From positions 6,076,001 to 6,140,000 of the forward strand of contig CM022671.1 of assembly GCA_012295275.1 (NCBI GenBank): 64,000 nt of DNA, given 5' to 3'. The DNA comes from Chrysomallon squamiferum. Taxonomy: Eukaryota; Animalia; Mollusca. Under the pieces are notes generated by a model. The model was given only the letters and a program-made list of their open reading frames with translations, made no database searches and was not told the DNA's origin. The first letter of the stretch is position 1. The number at the start of each line of letters is the position of its first letter. Below, piece after piece: positions 13,673-26,500 of this stretch. Made by a program: the position numbers and the translations under genes.

Positions 13673-15406
13673 TTCTGATCAAATAAACCAAGACGAAAAA
13701 GACTGTCATAATAATAATTTAGCATACGGACAGTGTATACAAAGAATCCTTTTTTTTTTTTCAAAAATTGTATATTTTAACTGCATAAGTTTATGAAGTC
13801 ACGTAACTGGACAGAGTAACACTTACAAAAATAACAATGCATAATGTGCAATCATTTTTCTTCTCTTCCAGGTGTTGATCTGACATGACACAGGCTACAA
13901 GTCTTTATTTATTTATTTATTTATTTTTTTTAAATTGTTTCATATTAAGATTAGTTAATAATAATAATTGTAAACAACACACTAAAAAAAAAAAAAAAAA
14001 AAAGGGTTACTGATGTTAATATATGTAACGAATTTGATACACAAACAAGTACATATGTCAATAATTTCAAAATTGTTTCAGTCAGGTCAAAGTAACACAA
14101 TGACCATCTGTGACATTCACGTACATTTAATTGAAGTGCTTTGTCGTGAGATCCGAGAATTGTTATTCAAAACGTTGAAATTCCATCAACATATCACCAT
14201 TTGAATAGAAATGATTCAATAGAAATGATTCAAAATAAAATAAAATAAAATAATAATAGTAATAAAATGGGGAAAAAATATATTTATGCCAGAGTTCGTC
14301 AAATGTTAATATTCTCCTTTAAAATATGTATTTAATTCCGTACAATAACCGCATGGTGAAACTTTGAAATTTAAAAGCGCAAAACATATATATGAATGAA
14401 ATGTACACACACAAATAAAATATTTAAAAATAATAATAAAAAAAAAAATGTATATTCACGAAACAAACCGGCTGTTTCACAACAAACCGAATCCCAGTTC
14501 AAGAAAAATCAACTTCACTGAATATGTATACGTTTACACAAAGAAAGAACATTCCGTTAGTAGGTTTGAAAATTGTAACATCTGTCTGTAATAAAAGAGG
14601 ACTTAATAAAATACATCTAAGCGATTTATATGTTAAGGTTATATCTACTATATTTGAAATATAAACTAATTATAAGCTATATTCTATACTTTGGTATTGG
14701 TAACACTCTTGTGAATCGGGAACAGAGAAAAATGCTTCCAAAATTAATTTGCGCATGTCATTATAGGCATATTCCATTGCCCATCTCAAAAATATAATTT
14801 CCTATATATACACACAGTGTTCATTTAGTAACTACATATTCAAGTTCTTATCTACTTTTAACTTCATTCGCATTTTCCTTTTTAATTTCTCTGAGGTGTC
14901 ATTTTTGTTTTTTTTCTTTTTAAACTCCTCCTGCATCATAATCCTAGTTGAGAGAAAATACGAAATTAATAATGTTGCTTCGTTCATCTGTCACTGCACA
15001 AAACAATATATTCTATGAGTACGAAGAAAATGTTCAACATTCTTTAAACTTTGTAGTAACAGCGTATCACATAACACGTCTGACAATAACTTCGTTGTGC
15101 CTGCATACAGGTCAAATATTATTGCACAGAAGTAAATTAAAGAAAGCACGCAACGTCACAAAATTTCAAGTGTAAATGCCCTGGAATCACGAATGGAATG
15201 GAAGTAACATATTAAAAAGCCGCAAAAAATATGAAAAACTTTTAAGTATAACTAGAAAAAAAACTATGAAAAAAATTGAGATGACATATGTAGTTTTTCT
15301 CCTTGCATCTTTAATTTTATTTTTCTGAATATGGAAAGATTCAACAGTTAAAGTAAAATGATACAGTGTATCCAAAGTGGATGTTTGACAGGCCTGTGAT
15401 GTAAAT

Positions 15407-17927
15407 CTATGATTTATCACGTCTCAGAAACAGAACCTCTTTTCCCGGATGGCTTCGCTGTATGTGCGGAATTACTTCATATTCTCGCAGTGGTCTGAAC
15501 TCATTACAGTAAGGACAATAAAATTCTGCTTGCTGCAGAAGTTGCTGGCGCACAGCGTGTCTGGCGTACGTGGGAGAAGGGAGTTTTGTCGACGGAGACG
15601 GTGCAGGTGAACTACTGTGTGGTCTCTGATGCTTAAGATTTTGTTGGACATTTTTGGAATCTACTCCTGGAATTCCATGTGCACTCGCGGGTCGCAATGA
15701 GTCAGGTTTGAGTCTAGGTACTTGCTGGTGCTTCTGAACTTGTTTCATCTGCACAGTCTGCTGTGGCACAGACATCCTCTGATAATTGACAGGTTCCTGC
15801 ACAACAGAAGATCCAATTAAATGTGGGCGCAGCGTTATTAAAGTTGGCTGGCCTGTGGCTATGAATCCTTGAATACCCAAGTCAAATCGAACTGGTACTT
15901 GCTGAAAGGGCATTTGTGTTAAGTGTGCTACAGGATAAGCCTGGTGAAGAGGCTGCAAACTGGAAACCTGGGAACCGCCGGGTATTATCGGTGAAGCTAA
16001 CTGCTGCTGTATGCTTCTTGAACGAACAATTTGAGGAGAATCAGTTTTTAGTTTGGGTTTTAAATTAAATATCTGAAAAGATTCTGGTCTCAATTCATCA
16101 TCGTTAGTCGGTGGTTTTGGTAGTGGAGCCGCAGATGTTGAAACAGTTGTTGTATGCTCAGCTGACGACACCGTACTCTTAGTCACTGGTGTGCCTGAGA
16201 GGTCAAGTGGGCAGTTGCTGAACAAGAGAGATTTCTGTTTACTAGCTGGTAACCCAGCACACGTTGTAACATTTATGACTGCTGTAGTCTGTGAGATGGG
16301 TGTCTGTGCTGTGACACTGGAGTAGAAGTTCTATGTGGAATTGATGGTACCTTCAAAACAGGTCTAGAAACTGGACTGCTTGGACTACGTCGGTCTGCTG
16401 CTGAAAGTGACTTGTCACCTGTGGAAGGTGATTTATCACCTGTCTGGTTCTGAGCATGCAGTCTGTGCAGTCTATCAGCTATGGAATAAATTGAGGACTT
16501 GAGTCGTGGGGCACACTGACCAATAGAGGAAATTTTACTTAACGGTAGTGAACTTGTTGTGATCACACTCGAAGGTGGCAATGTGGTTACAGTTCGATCT
16601 GAAGCAAGCTCCACAGACGGAGATGAAGCTGTACTGGATATCATTTTATTCACGTTACCAAGAGTTGGTGTAACAGTTGTCGTAGTCATAGTCGCAGTTG
16701 TGACATCAGCATGAGAATGAATTATGTCATTTTCATTAGAAGTGTTATCTGTGTCTTCATTAATAGTTTCACAGTCCATCACAAGTGCCTGGGTTGGTTC
16801 TGTCTGCTTTCTTACATTTCCTTGTTTTACACCTGAAACGTTACTGTCAGCGCCTTCATTCTTTTTAGTCATAGACACCTTTGCTAGGAACAGTCTGATG
16901 TGCAGGTTTCAATACATTTTCACTTTTGTTTTGTGATGTTAGTTTAGCACCATCTACTGATACTTTTTGAACAGAGGTTCCTCTTTCATCAGAAAATGTT
17001 TTTGGCTTTTCACCTTTTTTATTTGGTAAACGGTTTCCTTGAAGACGCTCGCTGTAAGATCCACTTTTGGAAATGGAAGGAACTCTTATAAACAGGTCAT
17101 CTTCTATTGCTAATGGCAGTGATTCATCAGTACTCTTTTTATTGTGGACGCTGGAAATATGCTGAAACACAACATCGTCGGATTTATCTTTAAAAACTTT
17201 GCAATGGGGGCAAACGTTCACAAACACTTCCGTATGCTCTCTCTCAAGATGTGAAAAGGTGTAGTCCAGGGAGGGCATGTGTGCCTGACATTTCAAACAC
17301 ATATAAATATCTTTCTCAATAACAAATGTGTTGCCAACTTTACTGCACTCTGCACCAGACGGTATCGCTATTACTTCAACAAATTCCTTAGCCGCATCAG
17401 ACAAAGATACTTCGTTTTTAGCGAAGTTTGTTGGATGATTCGTCTTGACGTGCTCATGCACACTAAGCTCGGAAGAAAACTGCGGTCGCTTTCCTCGGCT
17501 TCCTTTGCAGTAAGGGCAAGTGAAGAGTTCAATGTCTGAATGATGATTTTTCAGATGTTCCACCATGGCTGATAGATACGGAGAATGAATGTTACATTTC
17601 TGACACTTGTACGTACACGTCAATCTCTCATTTCTCTGAACTATCGCATCAACGTCTATCTCAGGCAGGTTTGATGATCTGCTCGGAGCTGAAGCATTTG
17701 CTTTCAGCTTGTTTCGTCTGTCAGTGATCTGCCTACTGCCAGGAAATTCAGTTATGTTTTGTTTGGTTTTGTTTGCCGCTGCTTCTGTTGTGTCTACAGC
17801 AGAGTCTAACTCAGTCTGCTGATCTCTCAGACTGACAACTTCAATAATTTTTAGTTGTGAAATCCCTGACTCGTCATGTAGCGAGTCATCAGCAGTGTGT
17901 TGTTCCTGATAGTTAACATTCTTAACA
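15407..17927 (-). CDS. Terminal coding exon 3: C2H2 fingers 5-9, S/T/P- and Q-rich regions, PLDLS motif; frameshifts at ~16880 and ~16320
   Basis: Acceptor cttgttttttcag|TGTTAAG at 17928/17927. The phase-2 junction AG|T (Ser) reads open into ORF 16865..17623, 101 codons downstream. Fingers CQKC, CPYC, CLKC, CPHC (~17611-17144) and C-terminal CPYC..HIQRSH (~15523-15450). Stop TAG at 15409-15407. Confidence 0.88.
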
Positions 17928-18979
17928 CTGAAAAAACAAGCTCATTAGTAAAAATACAAGTTCTCAAATGATTTAACTAGAGGATGAACGATAAAAACAC
18001 TTATTACATGTTGAAGTCTAACACTATTAAGTTCTAAAATTCAAACAGAAAACCAACAATAAAAACAGTTAGTAGTTTTACAGCAGTACTGAAAATTAAC
18101 TAACAAATAAAATGGACTTGCAGATTTCATGACTGGGAAAACAATGCTACAAACCATATTTTATGTGGTGTGTGTATGCAGTAGTTCGAGATTTCTGTCA
18201 AAATTCTGTTTTTCTTTTTTCAAACCAATAAAATGTACTATTATAACTGCCATTTTTACATTTTAATGAAGACGGAATAAAGTTCATTCAGAATGGATGG
18301 TTTTTTTTTTAGTTTCCCCTCCTCAACTTTCTAAGCCAGAACAGTAGCTTGAATTATTATTATTATTTCTACATTCCCACACATTCAAAATCTACTGGAC
18401 TGACCATCCTGGTGGGTGAACTATTATTTGCATGTTTATTTAAGCTCAATTTTAATAATATTGGCAATTATGTCCTCAGTTAACATTGTAACATCAAAAT
18501 AACACTATTATAACTGTTGAAATAGTATTTGACTTATTGCAGTACAATGAACAAATTTTCAGACTGACAACTAACTCAGATAAATGTATCTGCAGTAATA
18601 AATTAGAATCATAACAATGGTATTTACATTCGAACTTTCAATGCTGATTACACAAATATTAAGTATTCATGTATGCACACAACTTGAATGATATCTATAC
18701 ACTTTTAATATTTGTAATAAACAAAACCTTTTAAGTAGATATGCATACTGCGGTGAAATATAATCTCTTAATATGGTCAATCTACATATTTAATCATCAG
18801 ATATACATTTGTATACATAATATAAAACAGCTATTAAATTTACCATGCATAGAAGTTCATTCAAACTGTTTATTAATCAAAATGACATTTAATGTCATGT
18901 CCCTCTCACCCACACGTCTCTCCACAATTCATTCTTAGCTATTTTGAAGGAATAAATGTAACTTTAAAACATTTCTTAC

Positions 18980-21900
18980 CTCTGCAGATTGGTCTTTCCT
19001 GAAACCCCAGACTCACTGAAGTCAACCATTGGAGTGTCTGAAAGGGAAGAATTCTGTTCTTCTGTGTCTTTTGACGAAACATCCACTACATTTTCTGAGT
19101 CTCTAGTAGTGCTGTCAGCTTCAGCACTGGTCTTACTCATCCAGCCTTCCTGAATGTACAGGAACTCTCTGGCTTGATGATAATGCTGTTGTCGAATCAG
19201 TTCATCAGGCTGATTCTCATCAATACCATGTGGAGCTTGAAACAGATGAGTCATCCTCTCAAAGATGTTCCCCCTGTCATCCTGCTTCAACTTCTGCACC
19301 TCCTTCAGTTGCTCTATATCATAGTAGGATGGCAGCTGCCTGTATGGATATGGTCTGGAAGGATGAGTTGATGAACAGTGGTTCACTATTTCCTGCTCAG
19401 TGTGATAGAAGCTGTCACTGCATAGGGTACAAATGTAGACATGGTCTGATCCATGAAGGTCAAGTGCATGTTGATCAATATCACTTTTCACATTTGTGGA
19501 ATATTTACAGTGTGTGCATATGAAGCGTTTTGGTGGGACCGAGTATCCAACATTTCCTTTCACTACAACATTGATGACTACAGGAGCAGTCTCCGAGTCC
19601 TGTGTGAGCAAACACTCTGTGTAGTAGTGATCAGATTCAGTGATTTCTCGACTCTTCACAATGTTTGACTCTTGGTCAACATGCTCATTTTTTGCATGGG
19701 CACAAGCACTTGCCATGGAAGCAAAATCAGAGTCACAATATCCACATTTGAAACAAATTCCTGGAATATGACGGTATACATGCATTTCCATTGTTTGTTT
19801 TACATTAGTTGTGAAATCGCATGATTTGCAGCAGTATTTGATATTTTCAATACTTTTATTTTGTAAAATAGCATCTCTCTTTTCTGTGTGACATGGCTTC
19901 AGTGTGTCTTTCTGTACTGCTTCTGAAATACTCTTACCAGCAGAAGCAGGTTTAAGTACATTTTCTGATTCAGATTTTCTCTTCAAGAATTCAACAAAGC
20001 TGCCAACAAACCCTTCTTCATTTAAATCAGTTTTTTCTTTTTCATTTCCAAGTATTGATTCAGTCACTGGATGTCTAGGTTTCAGTTTTGGAGGTCGGCC
20101 ACGTTTACCAACAATTTTTGGTTGCTTTGATATGTTTTTGATTTTTAACTTGATACCTTTTGGTTTGTTTTCATCACTTTCACTCTCATATCTGGTCTGA
20201 CTTGAATTACTTTCTGAATCTGATGTACTTATTTTTAGCTGTTTGACAAAATCGACCAATCTAACGTGACAGGGTTTACAATGTGCCAGCAGTCGGTCTG
20301 TTTTTGAAGGTACCATGTGAGGTGAAACTTTGGCTTCAGCTACTGCCTTCCCTTGTTGATGCTGTTTCTGTTTCATCATCTGTTTCTCAAGTCTGCGAGC
20401 AAGTCTGTAGGCCTCATGCTGCTGATACTCTTCTTCAATTTTCCTCTGTTTCATGGCTATTATCTCAATTGGAGATCTTGAAAGTTTGGGTCGTAAAGCA
20501 AACTGTCTAACTGGTTTGCTAACACTGTTTTTAAGTTTTATTGTCAGAGGGGGTACACGTCTATTGTCAGAATCTGGAGAATCTTCATTAGAAATATTTT
20601 GTTCTTCAACTGCAGCACAGCTTACTGTGCTGTTAGCATCTGACAGTTCAGAAAATACATCCTGTTCTTCCACTGTCATATTCTTGCTGACATCAGGTTT
20701 AGGTTCTTTACTAACTAATACTGGTGTTGTCTCATCACTCTCACTTCCAGTACTGCGTGAGTGACCAGATATCTCATAGCTCCCTTTATTCCGGGTCAGT
20801 TTCACTTTTATACCTGAAACTTCACCAGAAGGATCTGAAGCTGGCTGTTTATCAACATTCAACAGTTCCTTACACTGTGTTTTATCCATGTCAGTAGAAC
20901 CATCCTCAAGATGACATGTGCTGACTGTGTCAGATGTTACCATAGAAACAGCACTTTCTCCTAATGTTTCTTTCTTTGAGCTTTCTGTTTGTATCTCTAA
21001 TGGTGAAGCTTTTTTCACAACAATCTCAGTTGAACTTGTAGCAACAACATCAGTTGTTTGATGTGTCACATTACTGTTACTTTGAAGTCTACTGTTGGGA
21101 TCTTCTGATTCACCAGGAATGGAAACTTCTACTTGGGATTCATTATGAATGTGATCATTTGATTCACTGTCACATGAAGGTTTTTCATTTAAAGTGGAAT
21201 TTGAAGCAGCATCAAGATTTTTGTCTGCTACTGTAACAACGCCAGCAGGCTCTGGACTCACTGTCTTGACATCTGCATGACAAACAGTGACTGCTGGCTT
21301 CACTATTTCATCATTGTTATTTGCATCCTCTGAACTGTTTTCACTGTCCATCATAAATGTAACATCTAATTTTGATTCTGGTGCAGCTGTACTAGAATTA
21401 TCTGAAATGACTAGAATGTTCATTCCATCAGGTGTGACTTCTGATTTTTGTGACAGCTGTGGATCAGAAACAATTTCACCTGTTTTCTCTTCTTTATATT
21501 CAACATTTTTTGATCTTCACTTGTGTCACCAGTTTGGGTTAGTTTATTTGGTATGTCCAATTTCAAAGTACTACACCTTTCATCATCAACTTTCACAGGT
21601 GCAGTTGCTTTTAAAATAGGACATATTTTTTCAGAAATAATTGTGTCTTCTGAACTTGACACTGAACATGAATGATCAGATTTAGAATCGCTGTTTACCT
21701 GATCTAATTTCGAACTTGTCTGAATTGGTGACTTAACAGCAACACCTTCTGATGTAATAATAGATGTCAGGGAAGAAACATTAACTGAAATATCAGAATT
21801 ATCCTTTACCAAAACTGCTGTTTTCAATGGAGATTTTGTCTTCTGAAGGAATGAAACTAGAGGAAGATCATCAAGATCACTATCACTGTCAGACAGTGTT

Positions 21901-23537
21901 AGATGTATGTCATCATCTTTAACAATTAACTTATCCTCTGAAACTTCAGGGTCAACCTTTTTGTCACTACTCACCAGATCTGGCAATGAAGAATCTTCAC
22001 TGATTTCTTCTTCTGCTTTATTTTCACTGTCTAATTCTTTGTCTACTGATTCTCTATCAATATTTCCTTCTCTATCTGTGACAATATTATTTCTTGGTTT
22101 TCTTTTTCCTGCTCTTACATGCCTAACAGCCATGAAGAGTGCTGATTTTCTTTCAAGTGCTGACTTTGGTTTCTTCTTACTGCCTGGAAAATCGTATGTT
22201 CCTCGCTTCCTTTTTGATTTGAGTTTGCCATTTTTTAAATCTTCCAGTTTGGGACGTCCTCTTCTTCTTCTTGGGCCTACTTTTACTGGTTTAGGTGCAT
22301 TTGGATCTTTAACTCTAGGTCGTCCCCGCTTTCTCTTTACAGGCCGAGAAGTTTCTTGTTGTGGCAATACTAAATCTACAGCTTTTTCTAATACAGGTGG
22401 TGGAGAAGTCACAGGAGTGTTCTCTGTAAATGAAATATCTACATTTTCGCTTTCATGAACAGACTGGCTTTCAAAACTGTCAGAGCTATTTGGTTCAGCA
22501 ATGAGGACTGGTGGATCAGCATACGTTGGTTCCGTTTTCTTCTTCTTTTTCTTCCTTCTTGTAAAAATTGATTTCAGTGTAAGTTTCTTTAGCCTGGCAT
22601 TTCGCTTTACTGTTTTTCTGGCACTGGAATCAGAACTTTTATTGGTATCATTCTGAAACTTTCTAAAATCAGACTGTTCAGATTTTGATTTTGATGTTTG
22701 TCTTTCATCAACTTCCGTTTCTTTGTCACCATCTTCATCAGACTGCTTCGAGATGTTGACATAACTTTTTTTTGGTTTTGTTTCTTTTGAATTGACATTA
22801 GGAGACTTGGGAGTTTCAGTCCTTGGGATAAGGAGAGATTCGTCAACTTTTAACTGTTTCCTCAAAAGACCCTCATCAAGTAATTCAAATTCTCCACTTA
22901 GTGTTCTCTTCCTTGGTTTTGGTTTTGGTACATTACCCTCCTTTAACCTGGTCACCATGGATGGCTGGTCTCGATATGATTTAAGATTGTTGATGAATTT
23001 CAACTCCTTCCGTCCAAGAAGTTTCTTATTCAGGAACGGAAACGGTCTTTTTCTCTTTGTAACTTTCTTAGTGGTTTCAGCTGATTTAACAGCTGATGTA
23101 CTGGGATGTTTGATATTAAGTGCTTCTCGAGCTTCAGTCACTGCACCGTCAAGAGTTGATGTAGCTTTGTCAATCTTCTTCCTACTTGGATCTGAATCTG
23201 AACAGTGTCCTGCCTGTTCTTCAGTAACAAGATCAATTGCTGATTTTAGTATTGCTTTATCTTTGACACTGTTAACCTCTAATTTCTTATTTTGTTTTCT
23301 TATTCTTTTAAACTGACTCAGTGAATTCTGTTCATCTTGAAATGATCCTGAGGCACCTTCAGCACTGTCATCAAGTACAGCAGCTTTTGTTTTCAGTTTG
23401 CTGTTGCTGTTGCTGCTGCTGCTGCTGTCGTCAGTGTTACAAACACCTGACATACTGTCCTTCTTCCTCTGCCTGGTGTTTGCTAGTGTCACATTTGGTT
23501 TTAGTAACTTTTTCTGCCCAACCACAGTGCAGTCTCT
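18980..23537 (-). CDS. Exon 2 (~4.56 kb) of the zinc-finger/AT-hook protein: 3 AT-hooks, basic NLS-like tracts, C2H2 fingers 1-4; one frameshift at ~21506-21511
   Basis: Acceptor ttttgtgtttcag|AGAGAC at 23538/23537; donor CAGAG|GTAAGA at 18980/18979. Covers ORFs 21420..23546 and 18976..21423. AT-hooks KRGRPR (~22325), RRGRPK (~22260), KRGRPP (~20100). Fingers CKSC..HVYRH and CGYC..HAKNEH (19836-19681), CTHC..HALDLH and CTLC..HCSSTH (19524-19363). Confidence 0.9.
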
Positions 23538-26500
23538 CTGAAACACAAAATGATGATGTGGTTAACAGATTTTCAACACTTGAATTTCTACCTAAGCCTA
23601 TTAGTGGAACATTTCAACATAAGCTACAATTAAACTGAATAATATTTTATATTACAAACATTTGCATAACAAATACCAGCATTTCTCCTGAATTTCTAAT
23701 AAAAGATGGATTAATTAAAACATTAGTAGTAACAGATGTGACAAACACTGAATAATTAAACTGTTAGCTGAACAGAGAGGCCTAAAGAGTGGAGATGCAA
23801 CTCAACAAAAACATTTACATAAAATAAGAAATTTTAACAAATAAATTATATAGTAATAATAACAATCAAAATAATGGATAAATTAAAGTGTATTACACCA
23901 ATAAGCAGCAGTATGTTTTCTTAAAATTATGTCTAAATTTCTGTTTGACTAATGTAATAATCATTTACTGAAAACAAATGATTCTACTACTAGTATATTT
24001 ACTATGGTAAACAAAATAATTTATGTATATCTTTCACATTAATATGGCACCAAACAGATTCCAAAAAAAAACTGGAACTTAATATTCCAAAACAATTGAG
24101 AATGTTTTTCTTTAGTTCCATCTGTAACTAGAGATTTAGTTATTTGAAAAATGTTTTATTTGTACCTGTGAAAAAACCCCAAAAACAATGTATTTAAAAA
24201 TGAAAGAAATAATGTAAACAAAAATAAAATAGATTATTAATGTTCCCTTTGAGTTCTAAGAGTTTATGAAAATTAAATTTGGTCTCTTAAGATCTAAACC
24301 ATCAATTAAACGTTAAAAAAGTAACTCTGAACAATATATACTTAATATATATATTAAGTAATTTACTGAAGTAAAATATAAATATAAAGCCAAAATTTGT
24401 TGTTTTTTTTCTACAAAAAATAAATGAAATGAAATGATTAGTACCATCTTATAATCTTTCCTGATAAAAAAGTGATAAATGTAATTCACTAACAAAATTA
24501 TCATGTGTATAATGGATAAAGTATGTGTGTGAGAAAATAAGAAACTGCAGATGAAAGGCATGATGTTGATGTTTTTAAATTAAAATTCATCAAGATGAAA
24601 TTCAAAAGGTTTGTCAGAGTGCGATAAATAGTTCAAATTATAAAATTAGGTTAATTTCTCAGCTGCAATGTTTAAAGATAGAATACACAAGTCTTTCAAA
24701 GTGCATAGTGATGTATGCAAATGAAAAAGTTAGCTTAAACTGAAAAGAGATCAATCCATTTTAACTTAAATGTGGGCATGTTTTTATAGATTTATAGAAA
24801 ATCTTTAAAGTAGGCTAGTTTGTCAAGCTTGCTGAAAGTCAATATGAAAAAATAAACATGGCCATGTTTTAATGTCATATATTTTATAAACACTTTCTTC
24901 AAACTTCTTTTGATAAAACTGTTTCATTATTTTCCACTTAATTACAGGGATCTTTTTAACACCTCTTCTTCATGGTGACTAATAAAACTTAGATTCTTTA
25001 TCAAGGATGACCCATTTAAAACCACCTTTTTGTAATAATCACATTTTTGACTACATAAACAGTTTAATGCTATTTTTTTTTTTTTAGATAATCACATTTA
25101 TCTAATCACAATTGTTGAATTTTTTTAAAAGATATTCAAACACTATAAAATAAACAATAAAATTTGATATAAATTGTTGTTTTTTTTTTTTTTTAAATTT
25201 AATGGTTTCATTAATTGTATTTACTTTTGATATATTCAGCGGAATAAAAATTAAGTATTTTTCAGTCAACCAATAATGTAATGCAGTTTATTTATTCTAT
25301 AGCTATTATTTTTCAACTAAATCAACTGTTTTTAGTTTATCTAAATTATATATGTAAGTGACATATGATAGTCCTTTTGGTAACTTTAATGAAACTTGAG
25401 ATACAACAGAACAGTAAGCAGTGCCACACACCTTCAAAAATTAATTTTTCGAAGCTGGCAAGTTTACATTCTATGACTAAAATTAAAATGATGATTAATT
25501 AGAAATCACAATAGGAATATTGAGGGAATTTGGCAGATGATGGATATTACCAGTTTTGAGAAATATTTATATACTTTCCTAAAAATAAAATACATGAAAA
25601 TTTAATTTGTACTGTTTTTTTTCTTTGTTTGTTGCTATTTTTTAATTATATTCAAGCAAATATGATGTTTTTTTTGAAACGTTTATTAGTAAAACTGCTT
25701 TTTAAACAATTGTTTCCTTTGATGAACCAACATTATGAATAGGTTATTGCAACCAAAATATTTGTATAAAGGCAATATCCAAATTCTTGTCACAACTTTT
25801 TACCAGTGTGAATAAATAGCAGAGGTCAGATACTAATATAAGCTTTGAATTGAATAAAAATGTCAGTTAAAATGATTTTAAAAATACTAAATTTCTAAAT
25901 CCATTGAGAACTATTCTAAATTTCTGGAAAGTTTTAATGAAGTCATCACAGGGTTCTCGTCAGTTTTGAAAAGACGGAACAACATATACCATTTATTTTA
26001 ATTTTACTGTTGCAGTGTTATGAACAAATTTATTAATATTTCTTTAAACTATTCTCAAACCATTATCTTTATAACTGGAATCAATTATCATATTAATACT
26101 TTAATTATCCTTATGTAATACAATGTTCAGGTGCATGTCAATATTTCAATAAGCTTCCACAAAACTACAATGATTATAAACATTAACATATGGCTAAAGA
26201 TATTCATTGTACTATTTCAAAACTGAAATATTTAAATATGTATCAATCTTACTATTTCAAAACTAAAAGTAAATATTTGTTGTTCTATTATTTATTTTAT
26301 TTTTTCTTTAGTTTAATGTTCAATTTATACAGATTTTATCCGAAAAAGTATTTTTGGACAAAGTAAATTGGTTTCATGATGATTTTAATCACTGAAAATA
26401 ACTGATTCCATGTAAGAATAAGGTATACAGTGTTTCTAACAAAGTGAAATATCTGTACTTGATCACATTTGGTTTTACACTAGATGTGGCAATCTTATCT

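Noticed and set aside
21907-23316. Plus-strand ORFs of 183 and 174 aa, plus similar ones at 16724-21619
   Set aside because: They are antisense shadows of the K/E/S-rich minus-strand CDS with no domain features.
15407-23546. Treating the five long minus-strand ORFs as separate genes or as a decayed pseudogene
   Set aside because: They are joined by one canonical intron and three single-base shifts, with no in-frame nonsense codons and intact fingers and promoter. One gene is the better model.
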